64,000 bases of DNA from an uncultured delta proteobacterium. Its GTDB lineage: Bacteria; Myxococcota; Myxococcia; Myxococcales; Myxococcaceae. The stretch is from assembly GCA_963796055.1 (NCBI GenBank), contig CAWCKH010000003.1, forward strand, positions 320,001 to 384,000. The letters are read 5' to 3'. The notes under the pieces are model-generated. The model made no database searches, was not told where the DNA came from, and was given only the letters and a program-made list of their open reading frames with translations. This document shows, in pieces, positions 1-10,743 of this stretch (its first letter is position 1; every line of letters begins with the position of its first letter). Both the position numbers and the translations under genes were made by a program.

Positions 1-124
1 AAGTCACCCAAGCCGCCGCCCTCCCGACCGCCCCGCCGCCCCATCCCCTGCATCACGATGCCCGAGATGCTCCGTCTCCAGGGCGCTGGCTTCTCGGACG
101 CGGAAGTGATCTACGGGGACCTGG

Positions 125-861
125 ATGACCAAGGTCGCGCTCGCAACGCCGAACCCGGAACGCGCGTTCTACAGCGGGCTCACGGTCTTCATGGCCCTGG
201 TCGTCTTCGCCGGCTTCGCACGGACCTATTACCTCCGACCGCTGCTTCCTGCCCCTGCACTCGCCGGTCAGCTGCCGGTCACCGGTCTCATCCACGTTCA
301 CGCTCTCCTCTTCAGCGTTGGATGGTGCTGCTCGTCGTCCAGGCGCGCCTGGTGGCGACGGGGAGAGTTCCGCTCCACCGGCGCCTCGGGCTCGCCGGCG
401 TGGCGCTCGCCGTCCTGATGCTCGGGGTCGGCACCGTCACCGCGCTGCAGGCCGTGGGGCGGGGTGTCTCGCCACCAGGCCTCGACGCCCGGCGCTTCCT
501 GGTGGTTCCGCTCTTCGCCCTGCTGGTCTTCGCCGTCCTCTTCGCCGCGGCGGTCGTCGCCCGGCGCCGTCCGCAGGCGCACAAGCGGTTGATGCTGCTG
601 GCGACCATCGGACTGCTGCCCCCCGCCCTGGCCCGATGGTTGATCTTCTATCTCGGGCTCGGTCCGCCGGTGGTCCTCGGGGTCACCACCCTGTTCCTCG
701 TCCCGCTGGTGGTGTGGGACCTGAGCATGCGCAGGCGGCTTCACCCGGCCACGCTCTGGGGTGGCCTGTTCGTGGTGCTCTCGGTTCCCGCGCGCCTGGC
801 CATCGCCTTCACCCCTGGCTGGCTGGGCCTCGCCGACCGGCTGACCTCGCTGGTCCGATGA
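125..861 (+). pseudogene. Multi-pass membrane protein split by a frameshift near 317 (or a sequencing indel)
   Basis: ORF 125..418 gives the N-terminus (RAFYSGLTVFMALVVFAGF...IHVHALLFS). ORF 58..861 continues in another frame (WMVLLVVQARLVATGRVPLHRRLG...AHKRLMLLAT). TTC AGC GT TGG ATG appears to lack one base. Confidence 0.7.
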
Positions 862-949
862 GGTCCAAGCCGCTCGGCGAGCAGCTCATCGCCCTCGCCC
901 CGGAGGTCGTGGCGAAGCCCTCGCTCCTCGACCGCCCGCGCGCCGGTCT

Positions 950-3900
950 CTAGCGCTCGGCATCTCCGGCGGGGACGATCCGCGGCGTCGACGGACGCTC
1001 GGGCTCGTCCTCCGGCTCGGCCTTCGCTCCGATGCGAGCGAACCAGGGATAGAGGCTGGGGAGGATGAGCAGCGTGAGGAGGGTCGAGGTCACCAGCCCG
1101 CCGACCACCACCGTCGCCAGCGGCCGCTGCACCTCGGCGCCCACGCCGCTGGCGAGCATCATCGGCACGAAGCCCAGGGCGGCGACGAGCGCGGTCATCA
1201 GCACCGGACGGGCCCGCTCCTTCGCCGCACCCACGGCCGCAGCACCCGGCAGGAGGCCCGACTCCTCCAGCGCCAGCAAGCGAGACATGAGGACCACGCC
1301 GTTGAGCACCGCGATGCCGGAGAGCGCGATGAACCCCACCGCGGCGGAGATCGACACCGGCATGCCGCGCAGCGCGAGCACCAGCATCCCGCCCACCGAG
1401 GCGAACGGGACGTTGAGGAAGATCAGCAGTGCCGGGCGCAGCTTCCGGAAGGCGTAGAGGAGCACCGCCATGATCAGGACCATCACCACCGGGATGACGA
1501 TCAAGAGGCGTCGCTTCGCGTCCACCAGGGTCTCGTACTGGCCACCCCAGTCGAGACGGTAGCCGCGCGGCAGCTTCAGCTCGCCGGCCACCAGCGTCTC
1601 GGCCTGCTTCACCACCGAGCCCAGGTCGGCGCCGCGGACGTTGAAGCCGACGACGATGCGCCGCTCTCCGTTCTGCCGAGAGACGAGGCTCGGCGAGGTG
1701 GTCATCTCCACGTCGGCGACGCGCCCCAGCGGCACCAGGCCCCCGCTCGGAGCGGGGATGGACAGGTCGCCCAGCGTGAAGGCGTTGGCCCCTCCCCCCA
1801 GCCGAAGCAGGATGGGGACCCGCAGCGGCCCGTCGTACGTCGCTCCCACCTCCACACCGGTCCGGATCGACTGGACGGCCTCGAGCAGGTTCTTCACCGT
1901 GAACCCGGCCCGCGAGGCGTCCAGCGGTCGCGGCCGTACCTCCAGCAGCGAGACCGCCGGCGGTGCGATCACCCGGGTGTCGACGGCGCCGGGGACCCGT
2001 CCCACCACCTCCGCGGTGCGCGCCGCCAGCCGGCTCAGCTCCGCCAGGTCGTCGCCATAGATGGAGATGGCGACGTCGGCGACCGAGCCGCCCAGCAGCT
2101 CGTTGAAGCGCATCTGGATCGGCTGGGTGAACGAGATCTCGGCGCTGGCGTTGATCGACTTCGCTGCCCGGTCGATCTCCGCGATGATCCGGGCCTTGTC
2201 GACCCCCGGTCGCCAGCTGTGCCGAGGCCTGAGCAGCACGAAGACATCCGCCTGCTCGAGTCCCATGATGTCGGTGGCCACCGCCGGGCTGCCGATGCGG
2301 GAGACCACCTCCTTCACCTCCGGGACCTTCTGCATCATCACCGCCTCGAGCTTCCCTGCCTCGGAGACGGCGGTGTCAAGCGAGATGTCCGCCGCCCGCG
2401 TCACCTGCGCCACCAGGTCCCCCTCGTCGAGCTGCGGGACGAACTCGCTTCCCGCCCGGGCGAAGAAGAGCCCCCCGAGCGCGAGGAGCACCGCGGAGCT
2501 GGCGGCCACCACCCAGGGGCGGGCCTCCGCGGCGCGAAGGAGCGGCCGGTAGCCCCGCTCGATCCACCTCACCAGGAACGGAGCACGGTCCGGGACGTCC
2601 CTCGGCCCGAGGAAGAGCGCGGTCGCCGCCGGGACGAAGGTGAGCGAGAGCACCAGCGAGGTCGCCAGGGCGAAGACCACGGTCAGCGCCATCGGCCGGA
2701 ACATCTTGCCGTCCACTCCGGTGAGGGACAGGACCGGCAGGTAGACCAGCAGGATGATCAGCACCGAGAAGAAGACCGGCTCGGCCACCGTCCCGGCCAC
2801 CTGCTCGACGTGACGGACCCAGAGCGCCCGGCGACGCTTGCGGTCCTGGAGCGGGTAGGCGGACCGGTCGAAGCCGTGGAAGACCGCCTCCACCATCACC
2901 ACCGCGCCGTCGACGATGAGGCCGAAATCCAGCGCGCCGAGCGACATCAGATTCCCGGGCACGTCGAAGGCCACCATCGCCGCGGTGGCGCCGAGCATGG
3001 AGAGCGGGATGGCGGAGGCGACCAGCAGCCCCGCCCGCCAGCTGCCGAGCATCAGGAAGAGCACCGCCCCCACCAGCAGCCCGCCCTCGAGCAGGTTCTT
3101 GAAGACCGTGCGGAGCGTGCCGGTGACCAGCGTGCTCCGGTCGTAGACCACGTCGACGAAGACGTCCTCCGGGACGGCCTTGCGGACCTCGACCATCTGC
3201 TTCTTCAGCCGCTTCATCACGTTCAGCGCGTTCTCGCCGCGGAGCATCTGCGCCATCACGTAGACGGTCTCGCCCTTGCCGTTCTCGCTCGCCGCGCCGA
3301 TGCGGGTGGAGGAGCCCATCGCGATGTCGGCCACCTCGGCGAGACGGACCGGGTTGGCGTCGGAGTCGCGCCTGGACACCAGCGCGTAGCCGAGGTCGCC
3401 GGCGGTCCGGGGCAAGGCCACCGCGCGGAGCAGGGTCTGGCCCGAGCCCGCGGGGAGAGCCGCACCCGGCGCGGTGCCCGTGGCGCTGGCCAGCGCATCC
3501 TGCACGTCCTGCAGCGTGAGCCCACGGGCGGCGAGGCGCATCGGGTCGGCCTTCACCTCGAGCACCCGCTGCTCTCCGCCCCAGGTGTTCACCTCCACCA
3601 CGCCGCGGACGCTGCGCAGCATCGGGGCCACCTTGAACTGGGCGATCTCCAGCAGCTCGGAGGGGCTGCGGCGCGGGGAGTCGAGAGTGAAGTGAAAGAT
3701 CTCGCCCAGGCCACCGGTGACCGGGCCGAGCTCGGGCGGCGAGACGCCGGCGGGAAAGGACAGGCCGTTGAGCCGCTCCTGGACGATCTGCCGGGCCCGG
3801 TACACGTCGAGGCCGTCCACGAAGACCGCGGTCACCGCCGAGATGCCGTAGCGTGACAGGCTCCGTTGCTCCACCAGCCCGGGCAGGCCCCCCATCGCCA

Positions 3901-4111
3901 CCTCTATCGGGCGGCTGACCAGCCGCTCCACCTCCTCGGGGGTGAGACCCGGGGCGCGGGTGAGCACCAGCACCTGGTTGTTGGTGGTGTCGGGAAGGGC
4001 GTCGAACTTGAGGAGCGCGCCCACCAGCGCGCCCACCACCATCAGCGCCAGCGTGGTGCCGACCACCAGGACGCGGTGGCGAACCGACCAGCCGACGAAG
4101 GCCTGGATCAC
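950..4111 (-). CDS. czcA: CusA/CzcA-family heavy-metal RND efflux permease
   Basis: ~1053 aa from GTG 4111, which overlaps the upstream stop. Motifs DALPD, GNLMSLGALDFGLIVDGAVVMVE, GKMFRPMA, RPVLMTALVA, GAEVQRPLA. Confidence 0.92.
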   Translation of the reverse strand: MIQAFVGWSVRHRVLVVGTTLALMVVGALVGALLKFDALPDTTNNQVLVLTRAPGLTPEEVERLVSRPIEVAMGGLPGLVEQRSLSRYGISAVTAVFVDGLDVYRARQIVQERLNGLSFPAGVSPPELGPVTGGLGEIFHFTLDSPRRSPSELLEIAQFKVAPMLRSVRGVVEVNTWGGEQRVLEVKADPMRLAARGLTLQDVQDALASATGTAPGAALPAGSGQTLLRAVALPRTAGDLGYALVSRRDSDANPVRLAEVADIAMGSSTRIGAASENGKGETVYVMAQMLRGENALNVMKRLKKQMVEVRKAVPEDVFVDVVYDRSTLVTGTLRTVFKNLLEGGLLVGAVLFLMLGSWRAGLLVASAIPLSMLGATAAMVAFDVPGNLMSLGALDFGLIVDGAVVMVEAVFHGFDRSAYPLQDRKRRRALWVRHVEQVAGTVAEPVFFSVLIILLVYLPVLSLTGVDGKMFRPMALTVVFALATSLVLSLTFVPAATALFLGPRDVPDRAPFLVRWIERGYRPLLRAAEARPWVVAASSAVLLALGGLFFARAGSEFVPQLDEGDLVAQVTRAADISLDTAVSEAGKLEAVMMQKVPEVKEVVSRIGSPAVATDIMGLEQADVFVLLRPRHSWRPGVDKARIIAEIDRAAKSINASAEISFTQPIQMRFNELLGGSVADVAISIYGDDLAELSRLAARTAEVVGRVPGAVDTRVIAPPAVSLLEVRPRPLDASRAGFTVKNLLEAVQSIRTGVEVGATYDGPLRVPILLRLGGGANAFTLGDLSIPAPSGGLVPLGRVADVEMTTSPSLVSRQNGERRIVVGFNVRGADLGSVVKQAETLVAGELKLPRGYRLDWGGQYETLVDAKRRLLIVIPVVMVLIMAVLLYAFRKLRPALLIFLNVPFASVGGMLVLALRGMPVSISAAVGFIALSGIAVLNGVVLMSRLLALEESGLLPGAAAVGAAKERARPVLMTALVAALGFVPMMLASGVGAEVQRPLATVVVGGLVTSTLLTLLILPSLYPWFARIGAKAEPEDEPERPSTPRIVPAGDAER

Positions 4112-5223
4112 TGCCCCTTCTCCGGCGGCGGCGACGCCGTGGCGGGCGCCTCGGCCAGCGCCGCATCGGCGGCCACCTCCTCGCCGACCGCGATTCCCTT
4201 CACCAGCGCCTCTGCGCCGGAGCTGGCGATGACCTCGACCGGAACCCGCTCCGGCTTGCCGTTCCTCCGCGCGACGACGAAGGCTTTCCCCGCCGAGAGC
4301 CCCACCCCCCGCGTCGGGACCACCGCGACATGCGCGGCGCCGGGGAGCGTCACCACCACCCGGCCGGTGAGGCCCGGCTGGAGCTCGGTGCCCTTCTCGG
4401 GGACGAGCCAGACGGAGATCGTGCCGTCGCGCGGGTCCATCACCGGCGCCCGGGCGACGAAGGTGAGGAGATGGTGGCCGCCGCTGGAGGTGATCAGCTC
4501 GAAGGCCGCGTTCTCGGTGTCCACGGGCCGGGCGAAGCGCGCCTCGACCCGCGAGTCGCCCTCCCCGGCGACGCGGACCACCGGGTCTCCGGTGGGCTCC
4601 CGGCTGTCCCCCACCGCGACGCCGACCGCGGTGACCATCCCGGCGATGGGGCTGCGCAGGCAGACCGGCTTCTTGCCGGACACGATGCCGGCAGCCTCGG
4701 CCGGCTCGATCTGCGCGACGCGAAGCGTGGCCGCCGCGGATTGCTGGTCGGCGCGGGCCTCCGCCAGCTTGGTCTCGGCCTCCAGCACGTCGACCAAGCG
4801 GACCAGCCCCTGGGACTTGAGCGCGTCGAGCTGGGCCTTGCGGCGGCCGTAGGCGTCGACCCGGGTGGAGGCGGCAGCATAGGCGCCGGCGGCGGTCGAG
4901 ACCTCCGGCATCACCACCTCGACCAGCGGCTGACCCTTGGTCACGCGCTCGCCCGGGCGAACCAGGACCTGGATGACCCGCGCGCGGTAGGGCGGGACCA
5001 CGCCGGCCTGCCCCTGCGGAGACGGCAGCACCTGGGCCGGCGCCTCGAGGAGCGGAACACCCTCGCTGGAGCGGGCCAGGACCCACGGCGTGCGCGCGCT
5101 GGGGATGGGCGGCTCCTCCTCGGGGGCGGCACTTTGCTTCCCGCAGCCCGAGGACCCGGCCGCCGCGGCCGCGACCAGGAGCATTCTCACCAGGGCGGCG
5201 GCGGCGTTCCGGAGTCTCCTCAC
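4108..5223 (-). CDS. czcB: RND periplasmic adaptor (membrane fusion protein), lipoprotein
   Basis: GTG 5223 overlaps the czcC stop. Lipobox-like GSSGC, VLVRPGERVTKGQPL, LRSPIAGMV, LQPGL. Lies between the OMF and RND genes. Confidence 0.85.
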   Translation of the reverse strand: MRRLRNAAAALVRMLLVAAAAAGSSGCGKQSAAPEEEPPIPSARTPWVLARSSEGVPLLEAPAQVLPSPQGQAGVVPPYRARVIQVLVRPGERVTKGQPLVEVVMPEVSTAAGAYAAASTRVDAYGRRKAQLDALKSQGLVRLVDVLEAETKLAEARADQQSAAATLRVAQIEPAEAAGIVSGKKPVCLRSPIAGMVTAVGVAVGDSREPTGDPVVRVAGEGDSRVEARFARPVDTENAAFELITSSGGHHLLTFVARAPVMDPRDGTISVWLVPEKGTELQPGLTGRVVVTLPGAAHVAVVPTRGVGLSAGKAFVVARRNGKPERVPVEVIASSGAEALVKGIAVGEEVAADAALAEAPATASPPPEKGQ

Positions 5224-6539
5224 TTCGTGCCTCCCAGCGTGAGGTCCGCGAGCAGCATCCACACCTTGACCTGTGCCCAGGCGTGCGAGGCCAGCGCCCG
5301 GGTGCGCCGGGCACGCGCCACGGCCCATGCCCGGCGGGCGACCAGGACCTCGAGCACCGTGGTCTCTCCGGCTTGCATCGAGGCCTCCCGGACGCGGGCG
5401 CCCTCGGCAGCGGCGGGGAGGAGCTCGGTCTCGACGGCGGCCAGGACCTCGCCGGCGTGCTCCACCTCGTGAAGTGCCCGCGTGAGCTCGGTGGCGGCCA
5501 CCTGCAGGGCCTCGCGGTGCTCTCCCTCCGAGCGCAGCGCCGCGGCAGCCTGCGCCGCGGCCTCGCGTTCGCCACGGTCGAAGACCGGGACCGAGACCTC
5601 GAGCACGGCCTGCACGCCCCAGGTCGCCAGGTAGTCCCGGGTCCCCTTCACGCCGGTGCCCAGCCCCCAGCCCCTGGCGGAGCGGAGCTCCACGTCCCTG
5701 GCGCGCTCGGCGTCTCCGGCGACCTTGCGAGCGACCACCGGGGGGAGCTTGCCGGCGGCCTCGAGGAGCGCCGGCCAGTCGGATCGCAGAGGTGCGGGAG
5801 GCGAGGGAAGCGGGCCGGAGGCGACCAGCGACCGCTCCGCGCCCTGTCCCATGCTCACCGCCAGCTGGAAGCCACGATCCACCACCTCTCCCTCGGCGGC
5901 GATGGCCAGGACGTGGGCTTCCGCCGCGTAGGTGGCGGCGTCGGCGGCCTCGGCGCGGGTGAAGGCGGCGGCCGCCGCGGCGTGGGCCATGCGGGACGAG
6001 AACTCGCGGGCGAGCTCCGATTCCTGCAACGCATCGGCGAGCGACTGCTGTGCGGCCCACAGCTCCATCCAGGCCTGGGCCGCGGCGAGCCGGTGAGAGA
6101 GAGCGGCTGCCCGGGCCTCCGCGGCGAGCACCGCGCCCTCGGCGGCGATCGAGGCCTTGCGGTTGCCCGGAAGCCCGGAGAGGTTCCAGGACTGCATCAG
6201 CGTGGTCTCGCCGAAGAACTTCCACTGATCGTCGAGCGGGTCCTTGGCCGCCCCTGGCTGGACCGTCAGCGTGGGGTTGGCGATCATCGACGAGACGGAC
6301 TGGCCGACGCGCCGCTGCTCGTCGACCGCCGCCTCGGCGCCGAGCACGGCCGGAGCGAGTGCGGCGAGCCCGAGGGCCTGGTCGAAGGTGACCGGCGTCC
6401 CTGGCGGGTGCTGGATCACGTGAGGCTCGCTCCGAACGGCGGACGGCTGACCGGAGGCGGGGCTGGCCAGCGCCTGCGAGGCCGCGAGCGCGAGCAGCCA
6501 CGGCTTCAGCGAGCGCGCGGCCTTTCCTCGACGGAGCAT
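5220..6539 (-). CDS. czcC: TolC/CzcC-family outer membrane efflux protein
   Basis: Signal peptide after ATG 6539, Ala-rich helices, VSVPVFDRG, GETTVLEVLVARR. First gene of the CBA operon. Confidence 0.8.
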   Translation of the reverse strand: MLRRGKAARSLKPWLLALAASQALASPASGQPSAVRSEPHVIQHPPGTPVTFDQALGLAALAPAVLGAEAAVDEQRRVGQSVSSMIANPTLTVQPGAAKDPLDDQWKFFGETTLMQSWNLSGLPGNRKASIAAEGAVLAAEARAAALSHRLAAAQAWMELWAAQQSLADALQESELAREFSSRMAHAAAAAAFTRAEAADAATYAAEAHVLAIAAEGEVVDRGFQLAVSMGQGAERSLVASGPLPSPPAPLRSDWPALLEAAGKLPPVVARKVAGDAERARDVELRSARGWGLGTGVKGTRDYLATWGVQAVLEVSVPVFDRGEREAAAQAAAALRSEGEHREALQVAATELTRALHEVEHAGEVLAAVETELLPAAAEGARVREASMQAGETTVLEVLVARRAWAVARARRTRALASHAWAQVKVWMLLADLTLGGTK

Positions 6540-6781
6540 CCCATCCTCTACCAAAGCAATGCGCGTGCCCGAACGACCGGCGGCTCCGTGGATCGGCACG
6601 TCGCGCGCCGCCGCAACGACCCGCGGGGCAGATCCGCGTCCCCACGCCGATCCGTTCACGCCAGGTGCCGGAAACTCCGAGGCTGGAGGTGGAGACGCGA
6701 CGCAGAGGACGCAGGCTTGCGCATTCCTTGCGTCCACCGTCTCCATCGGCGCACGCGCTGCAGCGCGCTCGTCATCGCCCT

Positions 6782-7375
6782 TCACTTTCCCCACCACCGG
6801 GTGCGGAAGTGCCAGGCGAGGCCACCGGCGATCAGCGCCATCGCTCCGAGCGCGATCGGGTAGCCATAGCGGGTGTGCAGCTCCGGCATCCCCTCGAAGT
6901 TCATGCCGTAGATGCCGGCGATGAGCGTCAGCGGCATGAAGATCGCCGGGATGACGGTGAGCAGGCCGAGGCGGCGGCTCGTCCTCTCTTGCAGGGCGGA
7001 TTCGTACCGGCGGTGGAGGTCGCCCGCGCGGCGATCGAGGCGGTCGATGTCATGGTCCGTGGCCCGGGTCACCTCGATCGCGATCTGGAAGGTCCCCGCC
7101 AGACGGCTCAGCGGCAGCGTCTCGAGGTTGCTGGCCTTCAGGACCTCGAGCACTGCGAGCTCCTCGTCCACGACGCCGCCCAGCGTGAGCACCCGGCGCT
7201 TCAGGGGCAGGATCTCTCCGAGGGAGACCGTCCAGGGATCGGAATCCATCCGGTCGGTGAGCGCGTCCCCCTCGGCGCGGAGGGCCACCACCTGCCGTCC
7301 CAGGCGCGCGGCATGGACCAGGGCCAGGGCGCACACCACGCCCGCGGTCGAGCCTTCGCGGAGCTTCAGTCTGGG
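6782..7375 (-). pseudogene. corA: CorA-family Mg/Co transporter, 5'-truncated
   Basis: C-terminal LLTVIPAIFMPLTLIAGIYGMNFEGMPEL (GMN signature) and two TM helices. The N-terminus is replaced by IS91-like DNA at ~7385. Confidence 0.8.
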
Positions 7376-7389
7376 GAGTGGCCCCACAC

Positions 7390-7627
7390 CGAGCACCGCC
7401 GACTGTCCTCCCGACCGCCCCGCCGCCCCATCCCCTGGGCCGAGCTCCTCAAGCGGACGTTCCGCACCGACGTCCTCTGTTGCCCGCGTTGCAGAGGCAC
7501 CCGCCGAGTCGTGGCCGTCGTCCTCCGCTCCTGCACCGCCCAGGCCATCCTCGAGCACCTCCGCCTCCCCTCCAGACCGCTCCCCCTCGCTCCGGCCACC
7601 TCCCCGCCCCAGCTCGACTTCTGGTGA
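7390..7627 (+). mobile_element. IS91-family (rolling-circle) transposase C-terminal remnant
   Basis: IPWAELLKRTFRTDVLCCPRCRGTRRVVAVV...AILEHLRLP...PQLDFW resembles the C-terminal CxxC tail of IS91/ISCR-type transposases. Confidence 0.75.
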
Positions 7628-8103
7628 GCCCCGTCCAAGCCCGGAAACTCACCCGCCCTGGCCACGGGCCGCGGCCGCCCTCTACCCTCCGGCCCGTACG
7701 CGCCTCCACCCAGCGCCTCCGCCGTTACCCTTCCAGCCCCTCTCCGGGACCAGGAGACCCCCGGCTCGACCGACGTGTTCATCACGTCGACCGACGAGAC
7801 CGGCGCCGCGGTCAGCCACCCGCTCGGCACGTTTCCCCGCACCCGTAAGGTGGCCGCGCCGGCGACGGCGATGAACGCGGTCACCGGCGTCACCTGCGGT
7901 GCGCCCGACGGCACACGCACCGAGCTCCACGCGGTCTCCGGTCGCGACGAGGTGATCTTGCTCCAGCTCAAGATCGATCCTGGATCCAGCCGCGATCCGA
8001 TGGCGCGCCGCGAGGTGACGCGCATCGCCGCGCCGCCGGGCGCGAGAGGCTATCGGCTCGTAACCGCGCGAGATCGCTCGCAGAAAGAAATCTGCCTCGC
8101 GGT

Positions 8104-8130
8104 TGTCGATCCGGCGGCGCGCCGATCGTC
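8104..8130 (+). promoter_or_regulatory. ECF42-type promoter (TGTCGA-N17-CGTC) upstream of YCII gene 1
   Basis: TGTCGA at 8104-8109 and CGTC at 8127-8130. Fits the known ECF42 consensus and is mirrored upstream of the second YCII gene. Confidence 0.75.
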
Positions 8131-8167
8131 GCTCGGATGCAGCAACCGAGTCAGAAGGAGACACGCG

Positions 8168-8596
8168 ATGAAGGTCATGATGTTCGCGAAGGCGACCAAG
8201 CAAACCGAAGCGATGCAGCCGCCGACCCAGGAGGCGCTGCTCGCGATGCACAAGTTCAACGAGGAGTTGGAGAAGGCCGGCGTGCTGCTCGATCTCGGCG
8301 GCCTCACGCCGACCAGCCGCGGCGTGCGCGTGAAGTACAGCGGGAGCAAGTGCACGGTGATCGATGGCCCGTTCCCCGAAAGCAAGGAGCTGATCGCCGG
8401 CTACTCGCTGCTCGAGGTCAAGACGCTCGCCGAGGCGGTCGAGTGGGCCAAGCGCGCGCCGTTCGGCGTCGGCGTGCACGACGGCGAGGAGCTGGAGGTC
8501 GAGATCCGGCCGCTGTTCGACCCGGCGGAGTTCGACGTGCCGGGCGAGGCCGAGGAGCGGGCGAAGCGGCTGGGCGAAAAGGTCGGCAAGGCGTAG
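8168..8596 (+). CDS. YciI/YCII (DGPF-domain) protein
   Basis: AAGGAG RBS, then MKVMM...FNEELEKAGVLL...VIDGPFPESKELIAGY...VEIRP. Confidence 0.9.
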   Translation: MKVMMFAKATKQTEAMQPPTQEALLAMHKFNEELEKAGVLLDLGGLTPTSRGVRVKYSGSKCTVIDGPFPESKELIAGYSLLEVKTLAEAVEWAKRAPFGVGVHDGEELEVEIRPLFDPAEFDVPGEAEERAKRLGEKVGKA

Positions 8597-8616
8597 CCGC
8601 GGCGCGGCGCGGTAAG

Positions 8617-9794
8617 CTCACGGCGAGTGACGCGCTAATCATCGCGCTCGAGCGCTGGCCGACCGACGGCGTGCCGGACAACCCGGGCGCGTGGCTGATG
8701 ACGACCGCGAAGCGGCGCGCGCTCGACGGCGTGCGCCACGCGCGCATTGTCGATGCCATGCAGGTGCAGCTCTCGCGCGATCGCGACGCCGACCCGCGCG
8801 ACGTTGCCGGCGAGCTCGCCGACGCCCTCGACGACGACGTCGGCGACAATCTGCTGCGGCTCGTCTTCACCGCGTGTCACCCGGTGCTGCCGACCGAGGC
8901 GCACGTCGCGCTCACGCTGCGGCTCGTCGGCGGGCTCGCGACCTCGGAAATCGCGCGCGCGTTCCTCGTCCCCGAGCCGACGATCGCGCAGCGGATCGTC
9001 CGCGCCAAGCGCACGCTCGCCGACGCGCGCGTGCCCTTCGAGGTGCCGCGCGCCGCCGAGCGCGCCGAGCGCCTCGAGTCGGTACTCGAGGTGATCTATC
9101 TCGTGTTCAACGAGGGCCACGTCGCGACCGCGGGCGCGAGCTTGACGCGGCCCGAGCTGTGCGACGATGCGCTGCGCATCGCGCGCGTGCTCGCCGGCCT
9201 CGCGCCCGACGAGCCCGAAGTCCACGGGTTGGTCGCGCTGCTCGAGCTCTCGGCGTCGCCGCTCGCATCGATCGCGACGGCGCGCCGGTGGTGCTCGCGG
9301 ATCAGGATCGCGCGCGCTGGGATCGCGTGCTCGTTCGCCGCGGGCTCGCGGCGCTTGCACGCGCAGACGAGCTCGTCGAGACGCAAGGTGCCGCCGCCGG
9401 TCCGTATCAGCTGCAAGCCACGATCGCCGCACACCACGCGCGCGCCGCGACCGCCGAGGCGACGGAGTGGCCGCGGATCGCCGCGCTCTACGCGCTGCTC
9501 GCCCAGCGCGCGCCGTCGCCGATCGTCGAGCTCAATCGCGCGGTCGCGGTCGCGATGGCGTTCGGCCCCGACGCGGGCCTAGAGCTCGTCGACGCGCTCG
9601 TCGGCGACGGCGCGCTCGCCGCATATCACCTGCTGCCGGCGGTGCGCGGCGACCTGCTCGCGAAGCTCGGACGCGGCGACGAGGCGCGCGCGGAATTTCA
9701 GCGCGCGGCCGAGCTGACCCGCAACGAGCGCGAGCGCGACGTCCTGCTCGCGAGAGCTCGCGATTCTGCGTTCAGCGCGTCGCGTCGTTCGTGA
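8617..9794 (+). pseudogene. ECF42 sigma factor (C-terminal TPR extension), with N-terminal deletion and frameshift
   Basis: ALERWP...PDNPGAWLM, LRLVFTACHP, QRIVRAK, IYLVFNEG, GPYQLQA, SPIVELNRAVA. A 7-bp deletion at ~9259 relative to the second copy shifts the frame. Confidence 0.85.
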
Positions 9795-9883
9795 AGCCGC
9801 GGCGGAAGAACCGGCACTCGCTTTGAGCGCTACGGAGTGGGAAGCGGCCCGACGCCGGCGAGCCAACGGGTGCTGTCCGCAGC
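8719..9883 (+). repeat. ~1.16 kb direct repeat, copy 1 (copy 2 at 20039-21207)
   Basis: Near-identical from GCGCTCGACGGCGTGCGCCACG to ...TGTCCGCAGC, extending ~90 bp past the sigma stop codon. Confidence 0.92.
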
Positions 9884-10065
9884 CGGGCTGATGGGCAGTC
9901 GCAGCTCGTCGAGCGTCTCCTCGCCCTCCGAGGCGACGAACTCGAGACCCTGCTCCTGGTCGATCCAGGACTGAGACGGGTCTGGGGCCTGTTCAGGAGT
10001 CGGATTCGCCCCGCTTGAGCGGCGTGCCCCTGCGGCCGCCCGTTCCTCACCTGAACGGCGGGAGC

Positions 10066-10743
10066 TCAGTGGCCGTTCGCTTTGAACTGAATCTTCTCCG
10101 CGGGGAAGCAGTCCCCGTCGCGTTCCGGCGGACAACCGCTGGGAACGCCAACGTGGGCGATACCCGTCTGTCTCGTCTGGGCGAAGCCGGAGGTTCCTTC
10201 GGGGTACCCCGAGCCGGCCCTCAGCTCGCCGTTCTGGCACATGATGCCGGTGTCCAGGGTCAGTGCGACAATCGGCGCGCCAGCGAAGATCGTGAAGAAC
10301 GAGGGGAGGGGGTTACCGGAGGGCTGGGTGAAGACGAGGACGGTGTGCGCGTCTCCGAGCGAGGCGCGAGCGCCTAGAAGGACCTCCCCCGGTTCGTGGC
10401 CGAAGGCAGGTCCGGCCGGGGTGAACCCCCAGCAGATCCCGTTGCTGGTGTGGAGATTGACCGTGACCTGCTCAGTGCCGTCGTGCAGGTCACGGATCAC
10501 GACGGACCCGCTGAACGAGGTGCCCACATCGAGGCTGAACAAGGCCGCCCGCCGTCCGAAGACGTCGAAGCCAAGGAACGAGCCCGTAATGGGGTCGGTG
10601 GCCGGCATGAAATCGTCGAACGTTTGTGCATCGAGGAAGCTGCTGATCGGCAGTCGCACCGTCTGAGCGAACACGTCCATCGACGGTCCAATCAAAGCGA
10701 GCATGAGACCGAGTTTCAGATAGACCCTGAACAATCTCGTCAT
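10066..10743 (-). CDS. Secreted hypothetical protein
   Basis: GGAGG RBS, signal peptide ending VFA-Q, 225 aa of non-shadow composition, several Cys. Confidence 0.7.
   Translation of the reverse strand: MTRLFRVYLKLGLMLALIGPSMDVFAQTVRLPISSFLDAQTFDDFMPATDPITGSFLGFDVFGRRAALFSLDVGTSFSGSVVIRDLHDGTEQVTVNLHTSNGICWGFTPAGPAFGHEPGEVLLGARASLGDAHTVLVFTQPSGNPLPSFFTIFAGAPIVALTLDTGIMCQNGELRAGSGYPEGTSGFAQTRQTGIAHVGVPSGCPPERDGDCFPAEKIQFKANGH

Noticed and set aside
300..330. Programmed frameshift in the first membrane protein
   Set aside because: No slippery heptamer. A single-base loss by mutation or sequencing error is simpler.
950..5575. 1541-aa RND fusion ORF, and similar long N-terminal extensions (14733..17561, 47116..49581, 41472..43823, 30698..32590)
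   Set aside because: The extensions are Arg/Pro/Gly-rich off-frame readings of upstream genes. Internal starts fit better, several of them overlapping the upstream stop.
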